This document shows positions 9,026-19,814 of a DNA stretch of 64,000 nucleotides, piece after piece. The stretch's first letter is position 1; each line of letters starts with the position of its first letter. Made by a program: the position numbers and the translations under genes. The stretch is from an uncultured Gemmataceae bacterium (GTDB lineage Bacteria; Planctomycetota; Planctomycetia; Gemmatales; Gemmataceae): contig CAVVPN010000003.1 in NCBI GenBank assembly GCA_963750165.1, positions 2,144,001 through 2,208,000 of the forward strand. The letters run 5' to 3'. Below the pieces are notes generated by a model, which saw only the letters and a program-made list of their open reading frames with translations, made no database searches and was not told the origin of the DNA.

Positions 9026-12000
9026 ATGAAGGGCCTGATTCGGGCTTCCCTCGACAATCCCTACGCCGTCATCGTCATGTCGCTGACCATGATTATCCTG
9101 GGCGTCATCGCCCTGGTGAATATTCCGGTGGACATTCTGCCGGTCTTCAGCAGCCCGGCGGTGCAGGTGCTGACCTTCTACACCGGCATGCCGGCCGAGG
9201 GCATGGAGAAGGACATCACCAACCGCATGGAGCGCTGGACCGGTCAGGCCACCGGCATGAAACGGCAGGAATCGCGCTCCATCCTGGGCGCCAGCATCGT
9301 CCGCAACTACTTCTTCGACGGCCAGGACCCCAACGGCGCCTTGACGCAGGTCAACTCGCTGGCCCTGGCGACGCTGCCCAACCTGCCGCCGGGCACCCTG
9401 CCACCCGTGGTGCTGCCGTTCGACCCCACCAGCACCACGCCGGTCATGCTCGTCGCCCTGAACGCCCCCAACCTGTCCGAGGACAAGCGCGAGTCGATCC
9501 TGTACGACGTGGGCCGCTACGAGGTGCGCAACTTCATCATGCAGAACCCGGGGGCGACGGCGCCCGTGGTCATCGGCGGCAAGCTCCGCGCCGTCATCCT
9601 CGAACTCGACCAGACCAAGATGCGCTCGCTCGGGCTGTCGGCGGCCGATGTCATGAACGCGGTCGAGAAGTACAACCTGTTCTTCCCCAGCGGCGACGTG
9701 CGCATCGGCATGTATGATTACTCGCTGTCCTCGAACTCGATGTTCAAGGCAGTGGAGAAAATGAAGGAGATCCCGGTCTTCAAGAAGAAGGACGGCGGCA
9801 CGGTCTTCCTGGGGGAACTGGCCACGCCCAGGGACTCCAGTTTCATCCAGACCAACATCGTGCTGGTCAATGGCAAGCGGCAGGTGTACATCCCCGTCTA
9901 CCGCCAGACTGGCGCCAGCACCACGGCCGTGGTGTCCGCGGTGAAGCAAAAGCTGCCGGAGATGGCCGCCAAGCTGACCACCCCGGATGTTGATCTGGTG
10001 CCGGTCATGGACCAATCGGTGTACGTCTGGTCGTCCATCTACGCGCTGCTGCAGGAAGGCATCATCGGCGCCGTGCTCTGCTCGCTGGTCATCCTGATGT
10101 TCCTGGGCCAGTGGCGCATGACGGTGATCGCCATTGTGACACTGCCGTTGTCGGTGGCCGTGGCCATTGTCTGCCTGTATGCGTTCGGCCAGACGATCAA
10201 CGTCATGACGCTGGCCGGCCTGACGCTGGCCATCGGGCCGATGATCGACAGCGCCATTATCTGCCTGGAAAACACGCACCGCCACCTGACGATGGGCGCC
10301 TCCCCCAAGGCGGCGTCCCTGAACGGCGCCAGTGAGGTGGCCATGCCGGAACTGGTCTCGACGCTGTGTACGTTCCTGGTGCTCTCGCCGCTGGCGTTGA
10401 TGCCGGGCATGGGCCGCTTCCTGTTCCTGCCCATGACCCTGGCGGTGATGTTCGCCATGACCTGCGCCTATCTGCTGTCGCGGACGATGGTGCCCTGCGC
10501 CAGCGCCTTCCTGCTGCCGCGGCACCACCACGGGGACGACGCCGCCGACATCAAGGGCCCCATCGGCCGTGCCTTCGCCTCCTGGGAGCGCACGATCGAC
10601 CAGGGCATCGCGGTCTACGGGCGCATGCTGGACGTGGTGCTGCGGCATCGGGTGGCGACGGTCGTGACCGGCTTCGCGCTGCTGGCGGTGACGCTGGCGG
10701 TGATGACACCGATCCTGCGCCGCGACTTCTTCCCCGAGGTGGACTCCGGCGCCTTCGAGATCGCGGTGCGGGCCCCGGCCGGCACCCGGCTCGATGTGAC
10801 CGAGAAGCGCGTCAAGGAAGTGGAGGATGTCGTCCGCAAGACCATCCCCGAGAGCGACCTGAAGGTGATCGTGTCCGAAATCGGCCTGACGGCGGACTGG
10901 TCGGCGGCCTACACCCAGAACTCGGGCACGCAGGACGCCATCGTCAAGGTGCAGTTGGAGCCGGAGCGCGAGGGTTCCTCGCAGGGATACATTCGCACTC
11001 TGCGCAAGAAGTTCACCGAGAACCCCAACTTCAGCGACCTGGAATTCTCGTTCGACTCCGGCGGCCTGGTGCGCGGGGCCCTCAACGAGGGCAAGTCCTC
11101 GCCCCTGAACATCCAGCTCGTCGGCAAGAACCCGCAGAACGTGCTGTTCAAGCTGGCCGACCGGGTGAAGGCGGAGGTGACCAAGGTCGATGGCGTGGTG
11201 GACGCCCGCGTGATCCAGAAGCCGGACGCCCCGGAGCTAATCATCAACGTCAAGCGCGACAAGGCGGAGGACGAGGGCCTGAACCAGGATGCCATCATGA
11301 AGAGCGTCATCGCCGCCACCAACTCCAGCATCACCTACAACAAGCACAACTTCTGGATCGATCCGAAAACGACGAATCAGTATTACGTCGGCGTGCAGTA
11401 TCCCGAGGCGAACATCAAGTCGATCGAGGACGTGCGCAACATCCCGATCACCAGCCCGAGGCAGGCGCAGCCCATCCCGCTGAGCAACCTGGCCACCATC
11501 GAGCCGGGCAAGATTCCGACGGAGATTCACCACGTCAACCTGCAGATGGCCGTGGACCTGACAATGAACGTCGAGGGCCGCGACCTGGGCCACGTCAGCG
11601 ACGACGTGACCCGCGTGCTCCGCAACTTCGGCAAGAAAAACAAGGACGGCACCTGGACGCCCTACGACCCGCGCTACACCAAGGAACGGCGGTTGCTGGA
11701 GGGCTCGAGAATCGTGCTGACCGGCGAGTACACGCGCATGCAGGACACCTTCACGAACCTGGGCAAAGGCCTGATCCTGGCGTCGCTGCTGATCTACTTC
11801 CTGATGGTGGCGCTGGACCGCTCGTTCATCGTGCCGCTGGCGGTCATGCTGATCGTGCCGCTGTGCCTGATCGGCATCTTGCCGATGCTGTTCGTCACGG
11901 GCAGCGCGGTGAACGTGCAGTCGCTGCTAGGCTTCATCTTCATCGTCGGCATCAAGGTGGCCAACACGGTGCTGATGACCGACTGCGCCCAGGAACTGCG

Positions 12001-12349
12001 GCGGCACGAGGGGCTAACGCCGCTCCAGGCCATCCGCAAGGCGGCGTCGCTGCGCGTGCGGCCGGTGACCATGACGGCCCTGGCAGCGTTCTTTGCCATG
12101 ATTCCGACGGCCCTGGCGCTGGAGAAGGGCAGCGAGGCCAACGCACCGCTGGCGCGGGCGATCCTCGGCGGTCTGCTCGCCGGCGAGCCCGCCACGCTGT
12201 TCGTGCTGCCGGCGCTGTACGCCATCCTGGTGCGCGACGGCAAGAAGAAGCTGGGTGAGGTGGTCGAGGACGACTACGCGGAAGGTCATGGCCACGGTCA
12301 TGGCCACGACCACGGCCACGGCCCGGCGGGGATTCAGCCCGCGCACTGA
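9026..12349 (+). CDS. RND efflux permease (CzcA/CusA/AcrB superfamily) with His-rich tail
   Basis: 1107 aa; IPVDILP, INVMTLAGLTLAIGPMIDSAIICLEN, FFPEVDSG and RVRPVTMTALA; C-terminal GHGHGHGHDHGHG. Confidence 0.95.
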   Translation: MKGLIRASLDNPYAVIVMSLTMIILGVIALVNIPVDILPVFSSPAVQVLTFYTGMPAEGMEKDITNRMERWTGQATGMKRQESRSILGASIVRNYFFDGQDPNGALTQVNSLALATLPNLPPGTLPPVVLPFDPTSTTPVMLVALNAPNLSEDKRESILYDVGRYEVRNFIMQNPGATAPVVIGGKLRAVILELDQTKMRSLGLSAADVMNAVEKYNLFFPSGDVRIGMYDYSLSSNSMFKAVEKMKEIPVFKKKDGGTVFLGELATPRDSSFIQTNIVLVNGKRQVYIPVYRQTGASTTAVVSAVKQKLPEMAAKLTTPDVDLVPVMDQSVYVWSSIYALLQEGIIGAVLCSLVILMFLGQWRMTVIAIVTLPLSVAVAIVCLYAFGQTINVMTLAGLTLAIGPMIDSAIICLENTHRHLTMGASPKAASLNGASEVAMPELVSTLCTFLVLSPLALMPGMGRFLFLPMTLAVMFAMTCAYLLSRTMVPCASAFLLPRHHHGDDAADIKGPIGRAFASWERTIDQGIAVYGRMLDVVLRHRVATVVTGFALLAVTLAVMTPILRRDFFPEVDSGAFEIAVRAPAGTRLDVTEKRVKEVEDVVRKTIPESDLKVIVSEIGLTADWSAAYTQNSGTQDAIVKVQLEPEREGSSQGYIRTLRKKFTENPNFSDLEFSFDSGGLVRGALNEGKSSPLNIQLVGKNPQNVLFKLADRVKAEVTKVDGVVDARVIQKPDAPELIINVKRDKAEDEGLNQDAIMKSVIAATNSSITYNKHNFWIDPKTTNQYYVGVQYPEANIKSIEDVRNIPITSPRQAQPIPLSNLATIEPGKIPTEIHHVNLQMAVDLTMNVEGRDLGHVSDDVTRVLRNFGKKNKDGTWTPYDPRYTKERRLLEGSRIVLTGEYTRMQDTFTNLGKGLILASLLIYFLMVALDRSFIVPLAVMLIVPLCLIGILPMLFVTGSAVNVQSLLGFIFIVGIKVANTVLMTDCAQELRRHEGLTPLQAIRKAASLRVRPVTMTALAAFFAMIPTALALEKGSEANAPLARAILGGLLAGEPATLFVLPALYAILVRDGKKKLGEVVEDDYAEGHGHGHGHDHGHGPAGIQPAH

Positions 12350-12372
12350 TCGTGAGCCGGCCGGATAACAAC

Positions 12373-12435
12373 AACCCCGGAGGATTCACCACAGAGAACG
12401 CTCTCCGCGTTCTCTGTGGTGAATCCTCCGGGGTT
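12373..12435. repeat. Perfect 29-bp inverted repeat (REP-like, possible attenuating hairpin)
   Basis: AACCCCGGAGGATTCACCACAGAGAACGC-tctcc-reverse complement, followed by CTCTTTTT. Confidence 0.85.
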
Positions 12436-12604
12436 CTCTTTTTGGTCCAGCAGCGCCGGGCGCCGAACAAACCGAAGAATTACTCGCCCGCACAATCGGC
12501 ATTGGCCGAAAAGAAGGAAGAGTCCAGGGCGGCGCACGGAAACAGCAGCCGCCAGTTCGCCCGGTTCGCCCAGGTTTCGCAAGTAGGACTTTTGCGAGGG
12601 AATC

Positions 12605-14251
12605 ATGGCTCTTACACGCCGATGCTGTTGGTGCGTCGTGTTACTGGCCGCGGCCGGCCTGGTCGCCGCGCCGGCCGTGCCGGCCCAACCCCCGGGGCAG
12701 AAGCCGGCCGCGAACGGCGAGCAGGCGCCGCCACCTCGCCCAGTCACGCTCCCGCTGCCAGACGCCGCCGCCACGCTGCTGACCGGCCCGATGGCGCCCG
12801 TCGATCTGGACAACGCCCTGAAGCTGGCCGGGGTCCAGAACCCGGAAATCCTGGAGTCCCGCGCGGTGGTCGAGGAGGCCGTCGCCCTGCGGCAGCTGGC
12901 CGCCACCTATTTCCTGCCGAACATCAACCTCGGCGGCAACCTCGACACCCACACAGGCACCCTGCAACAGTCGAACGGCAACATCATCAAGGTGAACCGC
13001 GATTCGTTGTTCCTCGGCATGGGTGCCAACGCCATCGCCGCCGGCTCGGTCAACATCCCGGGTGTGCAGTTGATCGGTAACGTCTCCGTCGGCGTCTTCA
13101 ACTACCTGATCAGCCGGCAGGTGGTGGCGCAGCGGCAGTTCGCCAGCGAGGCGGTTCGCAACCAGGTGCTGCTGCGCGTGACCGGCGCGTACCTGGACCT
13201 GATGTCGGCGCAGGGCCGCTACGCCATCGCCCGGCAGAACCGCGAGGAGGTGCGCGAGATCGCCCGCATCACGGACGAGTTCGCCAAGGCCGGCCAGGGC
13301 CGCAGGTCCGACGCCGACCGCGCCGCGGCCGAACTGGAGCAGCGGCAGGTCGAGGTGCTTCAGGCGGAGGGCGACATTGTGGCCGCCAGCGCCCGGCTGT
13401 GCCAGGTGCTGAACCTGGACCCGTCCACGCGCCTGGTGGTCACCGACGCCTGGGCGGTGCCGGCGCCGCTGGTGCCCGATCCCATCCCGCTGCCGGAACT
13501 GCTCATCATCGCCCTGCGGCAGCGCCCCGAGTTGAAGGAGCGCCGGGCGGCCATCGACGCGGCGCTGCTGGAGTTGCACGGGGCCAAGATGCTGCCGTTC
13601 TCGCCGAACTACATCCTCGGCTACAGCACCGGCAGCTTCGGCGGCGGCAGCAACACCGAGGCGTTGCCGCCCACGTCGCAGTCGCGCTTCGACAACTTCT
13701 ACGGCCGCCAGGACGTGGACGTGATCGTCTACTGGACGCTGCAAAGCATGGGGCTGGGCAACCTGGCGCTGATCCGAGCGTCGGACGCGCGGGCCCAGAT
13801 CGCCAACTTCCGGCTGCTGGAGGTGCTCAACCGGGTGCGGATGGAAGTGGCCGCGTCCTATGCCCGGACGCATGCCCGCTTCGCCCAGATCGGCGTGAAC
13901 GAGCGGGCCGTCAAGGCCAGCACGGAGGGCTTCCAGCAGGACTACGTGCGTGTCAAGAACCGCGAGGGGCTGCCGATCGAGGTGCTGGACAACCAGCGCC
14001 TGCTGAGCCGCGCCCGCTTCGAGTACCTGGGATCGATCCTCGACTACAACCGCGCCCAGTTTGAGTTGTTCGTGGCCCTGGGGCAGCCACCGCGCAAGTA
14101 TCTCGCCCGTCCGGTGCCGGCGACCCTGGTGCTGCCGCCCGAGGTCGTCCCGCCCGACGTCCAGTCGCTGCCGCCCGAAGCCCAGCTGCCGCCCGGAGCC
14201 CAGCTGTCGCCGCCGCCCGGCGCGGTCAAGGGGCCGGCGATGCTGCCGTAG
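12605..14251 (+). CDS. TolC-family outer membrane efflux protein 1
   Basis: Signal peptide; LDNALKLAGVQNPEI, ALRQRPEL and C-terminal YNRAQFELFVALG. Confidence 0.9.
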   Translation: MALTRRCCWCVVLLAAAGLVAAPAVPAQPPGQKPAANGEQAPPPRPVTLPLPDAAATLLTGPMAPVDLDNALKLAGVQNPEILESRAVVEEAVALRQLAATYFLPNINLGGNLDTHTGTLQQSNGNIIKVNRDSLFLGMGANAIAAGSVNIPGVQLIGNVSVGVFNYLISRQVVAQRQFASEAVRNQVLLRVTGAYLDLMSAQGRYAIARQNREEVREIARITDEFAKAGQGRRSDADRAAAELEQRQVEVLQAEGDIVAASARLCQVLNLDPSTRLVVTDAWAVPAPLVPDPIPLPELLIIALRQRPELKERRAAIDAALLELHGAKMLPFSPNYILGYSTGSFGGGSNTEALPPTSQSRFDNFYGRQDVDVIVYWTLQSMGLGNLALIRASDARAQIANFRLLEVLNRVRMEVAASYARTHARFAQIGVNERAVKASTEGFQQDYVRVKNREGLPIEVLDNQRLLSRARFEYLGSILDYNRAQFELFVALGQPPRKYLARPVPATLVLPPEVVPPDVQSLPPEAQLPPGAQLSPPPGAVKGPAMLP

Positions 14252-14315
14252 CGCGTACGGTGCTGGTGTCGGGGGGGTGGCGGGGAACGGGTTTGTACTC
14301 CGTGGAGGTCGGTTC

Positions 14316-16160
14316 ATGAAGGGCAAGCAACAGGCCAGCACCGGCTCGTGGCGGCGCACCCGGCTTCGGTCGGCATGGGTCGGGGCCACGATCCTCGGCG
14401 TCCTGGTCGGCACCGGTGGCTGCCAGTCCGATCCGGTGCTGCCGCCGCCAGTGAACATCAACCGGGCCGCGCAGACCGCCCTGGGGCCGCAGATCGGCCT
14501 GCCGGCACGAACCAGCAGCCCGTCGGCGGCGGCGGACGCTGTGCTCGGGACGATCCGGCCCGCCGGGGGCGTGGCCGGCGCGGCGCCGGCGGACGCGGCA
14601 AAGGGGCCGATCCTGGTCACGCAGCCGTGGTCGCCGTGGGCGAAGCTTGGCGTCCCGGCGAATCCCGCCGACCCCCAGGCTGGCAAGCCACGGCAGGAGC
14701 CCGCGGCCGCCGCGGCGCCAGCCACCCGGGTGTCCTTGCTGGACGGCGGCGCGCTGCCCAGCGTGGCCGGGACGGCGGCGCCGGGCACGCTGCCGCCACT
14801 CGTGCTGGACAGCCCGTGTACGCCCATCGATCTGGAAACGGCGTTGCGCCGCGGCGGGGCGGCCAACCCCACCATTGCCGCGGCCCTCGCCGCCGTGCAG
14901 ATCAGCCTGGCGGATCAGCTGCTGGCCGACGTGATCGCGGTGCCGTCGATCAACATCGGTGCCAGCTACGACTGGCACCAGGGCAACCTGCTCTCGTCCA
15001 AGGGCCTGATCCGCAACGTGCTCCGCGATGCGTTTGACGCCGGCCTGGGCGCCGGGGCCCGTGCCGCCGAATCCGTGCCCTGGCAAGTACAGGGTGTCCG
15101 CTTCGTCGCCCCGATGGCAAACGCCCTCTTTGAACCGGTTGCGACGCGGTATGTGGTCTCTTCCCGGCGCCTCGACGCAGCCGCCACGAACAACAACATC
15201 CTGTTAGAGGTAGCGGTGAGCTACTTCGACCTGGCGGGCGCCGAGGCAATGGTGACGGCGCTGCGGCAGTCGGAGGTGGAGGTGGCCGCGGTGGTGCAAC
15301 AGACGGCGAAGTTCGCGAAGGAAGGCCAGGGCCGCGAGTCGGACGCGAACCGCGCCCGGGCAGACGCGGAACTGCTGGAGTCGGAGCGCGTCCGCGCCGA
15401 GGAAGAGGTGGCGGTGGCGGCGGCGCAGCTGGCGCGGCTGCTGAACGTGGACCCGAACGCGTCGCTGCGGGTGCCGGACGGCCCGCTGGGCATGGTACAG
15501 CTCGTGGACCCGCACACGAACAATGAGGAGTTGGTGCAGATCGCCCTGGCCCAGAACCCCGAATTGCTGGCCCGCACCGCCGACGTGCAGGTGTTCACGA
15601 CACGGCTGCGCGAGGAGCGTTTCCGGCCGTTTCTGCCGACGCTCTTCGCGGGCTACAGCTTGAGCGCCTTCGGCGGCGGCGGCGACCAGACAGCGCCAGC
15701 TTTCGGGCGAATCTTCAGCCGCCAGGACGTGGACGTCATGGCCATCTGGACGCTGCAGGGCCTTGGCCTGGGCAACCTGGCGATCCAGCGCAACGTGGCG
15801 GGGCGCGTGGACGAGGCCGCGGCGGAGCGGGCGCGCGTGGCCAACGCCGTCCGCAGCGCCGTCAGCGAGGCCCGGGCGTTGTGTCTGGCGCGGCTGAACG
15901 ACGTGGAGGTGGCGCGGCGGCGCATGGCCACCGCTCAGGAGGGCTTCCGCCTCAACCAGGAACAGGCCTGGAACCTGGAGGCCCGGCCCATCGAGGTACT
16001 CCAAAACTTCAAACAACTGGTGGACGGCCGTCGCGAACTGATCCGCGCCCTGGTCGGTTACAACCAGGCGCAGTTCCAGCTGTTCGTGGCCATGGGCCAG
16101 CCGCCCGGCGGCATCGGCGCCGACGCCGGCGCCGGCGGCCCCGGTTGCGCGCGGCCGTGA
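14316..16160 (+). CDS. TolC-family outer membrane efflux lipoprotein 2
   Basis: GGAGG RBS; lipobox-like VGTGGC; LETALRR..NPTI, ALAQNPEL and YNQAQFQLFVAMG. Confidence 0.9.
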   Translation: MKGKQQASTGSWRRTRLRSAWVGATILGVLVGTGGCQSDPVLPPPVNINRAAQTALGPQIGLPARTSSPSAAADAVLGTIRPAGGVAGAAPADAAKGPILVTQPWSPWAKLGVPANPADPQAGKPRQEPAAAAAPATRVSLLDGGALPSVAGTAAPGTLPPLVLDSPCTPIDLETALRRGGAANPTIAAALAAVQISLADQLLADVIAVPSINIGASYDWHQGNLLSSKGLIRNVLRDAFDAGLGAGARAAESVPWQVQGVRFVAPMANALFEPVATRYVVSSRRLDAAATNNNILLEVAVSYFDLAGAEAMVTALRQSEVEVAAVVQQTAKFAKEGQGRESDANRARADAELLESERVRAEEEVAVAAAQLARLLNVDPNASLRVPDGPLGMVQLVDPHTNNEELVQIALAQNPELLARTADVQVFTTRLREERFRPFLPTLFAGYSLSAFGGGGDQTAPAFGRIFSRQDVDVMAIWTLQGLGLGNLAIQRNVAGRVDEAAAERARVANAVRSAVSEARALCLARLNDVEVARRRMATAQEGFRLNQEQAWNLEARPIEVLQNFKQLVDGRRELIRALVGYNQAQFQLFVAMGQPPGGIGADAGAGGPGCARP

Positions 16161-16165
16161 GCGAT

Positions 16166-16239
16166 CACGGCGAGCGGCGCGGCGTTAGCCCGCCGGTCCT
16201 GGGCAGCACCGGCGGGCTAACGCCGCGCCGCTCGCCGTG
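16166..16239. repeat. REP doublet (32-bp perfect arms) overlapping the mnmE 3' end
   Basis: CACGGCGAGCGGCGCGGCGTTAGCCCGCCGGT / ACCGGCGGGCTAACGCCGCGCCGCTCGCCGTG. Confidence 0.9.
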
Positions 16240-17384
16240 CTGTCCCCTCGGTCACAGCAGGCCAGGGCCTCGTCCAGGTCTGCCGCCAGTTCCGGCGTAC
16301 ACGGCACCGCGGCCCCGGACGGCGGCGCTTCCGGCACCAGCCAGCCCGCCAGCGCCGCCACCAGTTCCGCCACGCCCGCGCCCGTCAGCGCCGACACCCG
16401 CGGCGCGTCCGGCACAGCCGCATGGTCCCACGCGGCGGGCAGGTCGGCCCTGGTGACGATGTACCGCACCCCCGCAATCACCTCCGCCGGCCACTGCGGT
16501 GGCGCGGCGCCGTCCAGCAGCCACAGGCACACGTCCGCCTGCGCCGCCGCGGCCGCCGCCAGTTGCTGGCCCTGGTGCTCCAGCGCTTCCGTCGTCGTCC
16601 GCCAGCCAGCCGTGTCCGCGAGGTCCACCGGCCAACCGCCCACCACCAGCCGGCTCGTCACCACATCGCGCGTCGTGCCCGGCGTCGGCGCCACCACGCT
16701 GCGCTCGTAACCCAGCAGCGCGTTCACCAGGCTGCTCTTGCCGACGTTCGCCGCCCCGGCAACCACCACCCGCCACGGCCGTGTCAGATGCCGGCCGACG
16801 CCGCCGAATTTCGTGACCGCCGCCAGCAGCCGCCCCGCCCCGACCACATCGCCGGCATCAAGACACGCCTGAACGCGCTCCAGCTCCCGCCCCAGCGCTC
16901 CCGCGTGCTGATCCAGCACGACCGCCGCGGTGCGTGCCGTCAGCGCCTCGGGCAGCACTTCCAGGGCCAGCCGGGCCAGCGCGCCACCGCCGGCAGTGCG
17001 CCGCTCCAGCTCCTGCCACGAACACACCGCCACGCCCTGCGCCGCCAGCACCTCTTGCAACAGCGCCACCACTTCGCGGCCGCCGTGACAGTGAATCTCC
17101 AGCCACGGCGCCGGCAGCCCACGCTTGACGGCAAGCACCACCTCGTCGCTACTGCCGCGGCCGGCGTCGCCGAAGCGGCCCAGCCAGAAGCGGCCCGGCT
17201 CCGGCACCTCCGGCAGCGGTTTCTGGAAGCGTGCCCGCACCGCCGCCCACGCTCCCGGGCCGCGCACCGCCAGCGTCGCCAGCGCCGCCACGCCCGGCGG
17301 CGTCAGGCACGCCTGCCATGTGGCCTTCTCTTCTCCCCTCTCCCCCTTGAGGGGGAGAAGGGTTGGGGGTGAGGGGGCGGTCAT
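16185..17384 (-). CDS. mnmE: tRNA modification GTPase MnmE/TrmE-like
   Basis: TPPGVAALA, EIHCHGG, GAANVGKSSLVN, PGTTRD and DTAG motifs; lacks the usual CxGK C-terminus. Confidence 0.85.
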   Translation of the reverse strand: MTAPSPPTLLPLKGERGEEKATWQACLTPPGVAALATLAVRGPGAWAAVRARFQKPLPEVPEPGRFWLGRFGDAGRGSSDEVVLAVKRGLPAPWLEIHCHGGREVVALLQEVLAAQGVAVCSWQELERRTAGGGALARLALEVLPEALTARTAAVVLDQHAGALGRELERVQACLDAGDVVGAGRLLAAVTKFGGVGRHLTRPWRVVVAGAANVGKSSLVNALLGYERSVVAPTPGTTRDVVTSRLVVGGWPVDLADTAGWRTTTEALEHQGQQLAAAAAAQADVCLWLLDGAAPPQWPAEVIAGVRYIVTRADLPAAWDHAAVPDAPRVSALTGAGVAELVAALAGWLVPEAPPSGAAVPCTPELAADLDEALACCDRGDSTASGAALARRCCPGPAG

Positions 17385-18127
17385 GGCAGCGCGGCGGCGC
17401 TGAGGCGCGCGCCCTCCAGAGTGATTTCCGGCCACAGCACCGCGGCGCCCACGGCAGCGTGCAGCAGCGGGCCGTCGCCGCCGGCCAGGTAAAGCTCAGG
17501 CGGCGGCAGGTCGGGCCGGCCGCGGCCGAATTCGCTCGCCAGGGTGCGGATCGCGGCGGCCACGCTCCAGAACACGCCCACCTCCAGCGCCGCCGTGGTG
17601 GACGCGCCGGGCCGCGGCGGTGGGACGGTGTGCAGTTCGATGCGCGGCAGCAGCGCGGTGTAGTCGTGCAGTGCCTGCACCATCAGACGCAGGCCCGGCA
17701 GGATGGCGCCGCCGCAGAACGCCCCGGTGTCGTCGATCCAGTCCACCGTCACAGCACTGCCGGCGTCCACGACCACCGCCGGCACGCCTGGCGTCCGCCG
17801 GCTGTTGACGGCCACGGCGTTCAGCAACCGATCAATGCCCGCACGATCAGGGTACTCCAACCGCACCTCCAACGGCAGGTCGCGCGCCAGGAGCAGCACC
17901 GTCACGGTGAAGCCGCGCTGCCGCAGCCAGTCGGCCAGGGCATCGCGGCGTTGCGGGTGAACGCCGCTCAGCACCCACGGCGCCGCCGGCGGTAGCGGCC
18001 AGCGCCTCCAGCTGCTGCGCCCAGGTGTCCGGCTCCGGCGGCAGCGCCACCACCTCCGCAACGCGGCCAGCCTCGCAGCGGCCCCACTTGATGCGCGTGT
18101 TGCCAACATCAACAACGACTGCGGCGT

Positions 18128-18131
<4 letters not shown>
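17381..18131 (-). CDS. coaX: Type III pantothenate kinase; frameshift near 18003
   Basis: VDVGNTRIKW in one frame; AGIDR, VVDAGSAVTVD and GGAILPG in the next. Confidence 0.9.
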
Positions 18132-19176
<1,045 letters not shown>

Positions 19177-19270
19177 TCACTTTGGGTTGGAGTGCTGGGA
19201 GCGACGTGGAATTGTAGGGGAAGACGTGAGGGGGTGACAAGGTGAGGGGGTGAGGGAAGGATTATTGTTT

Positions 19271-19320
19271 GTTGTGGCCTGGTCTCCGGACCAGGCCACT
19301 TGGCCGACCGAAGGTCTCCT
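19271..19320. repeat. Single GTGG-type REP unit
   Basis: GTTGTGGCCTGGTCTCCGGACCAGGCCAC...CCGACCGAAGGTCTCCT; same family as 39008-39169. Confidence 0.75.
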
Positions 19321-19814
19321 CCGCGTTCCAGCCACTGGAAGAGAGATGGGGTTCAGTCTCCTTGTTCGACCTGCCTTACTGAGTGCCACTCGCCTGAGGC
19401 GGCCCCGAGATCGAGAGCGTACCGCTTGCCGCCGCTCGGAATGGGCACCGTCCGTGTGGCAGCGCGGCGCGAAGCGATCAATCTGACCCTCCTGGGGCTC
19501 GATTGATCGGTTCGCGCCAGCGGCAGTAGATCGAGTTGGGGCGCGGGGTGATCCCATTCAACCACTTCCATGTGGTACTGGATCGGCCTGTCCTTGCACT
19601 TGCGACAAATGACAAAGATAGAATTTACCGGAAAGTGCTGCCGCGGGTTTACCAGGGCGAGGAGATGGGAGCATTTCAGCTTTTCAGCTTTTCGAAGATT
19701 ACGCGATCGTAATAAACATTCTCACCAGCATTATCCGAAAATAAAGACAATCCTTTCGAATCGGAGCACCTGCGCGTCGTCACCCGCGGAGCAGGATGAA
19801 TGGAGTCACATGCG

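Noticed and set aside
19570..19600. Sigma54 promoter upstream of TolC pair 3/4
   Set aside because: One candidate has 9-nt spacing and the other matches poorly outside GG/GC.
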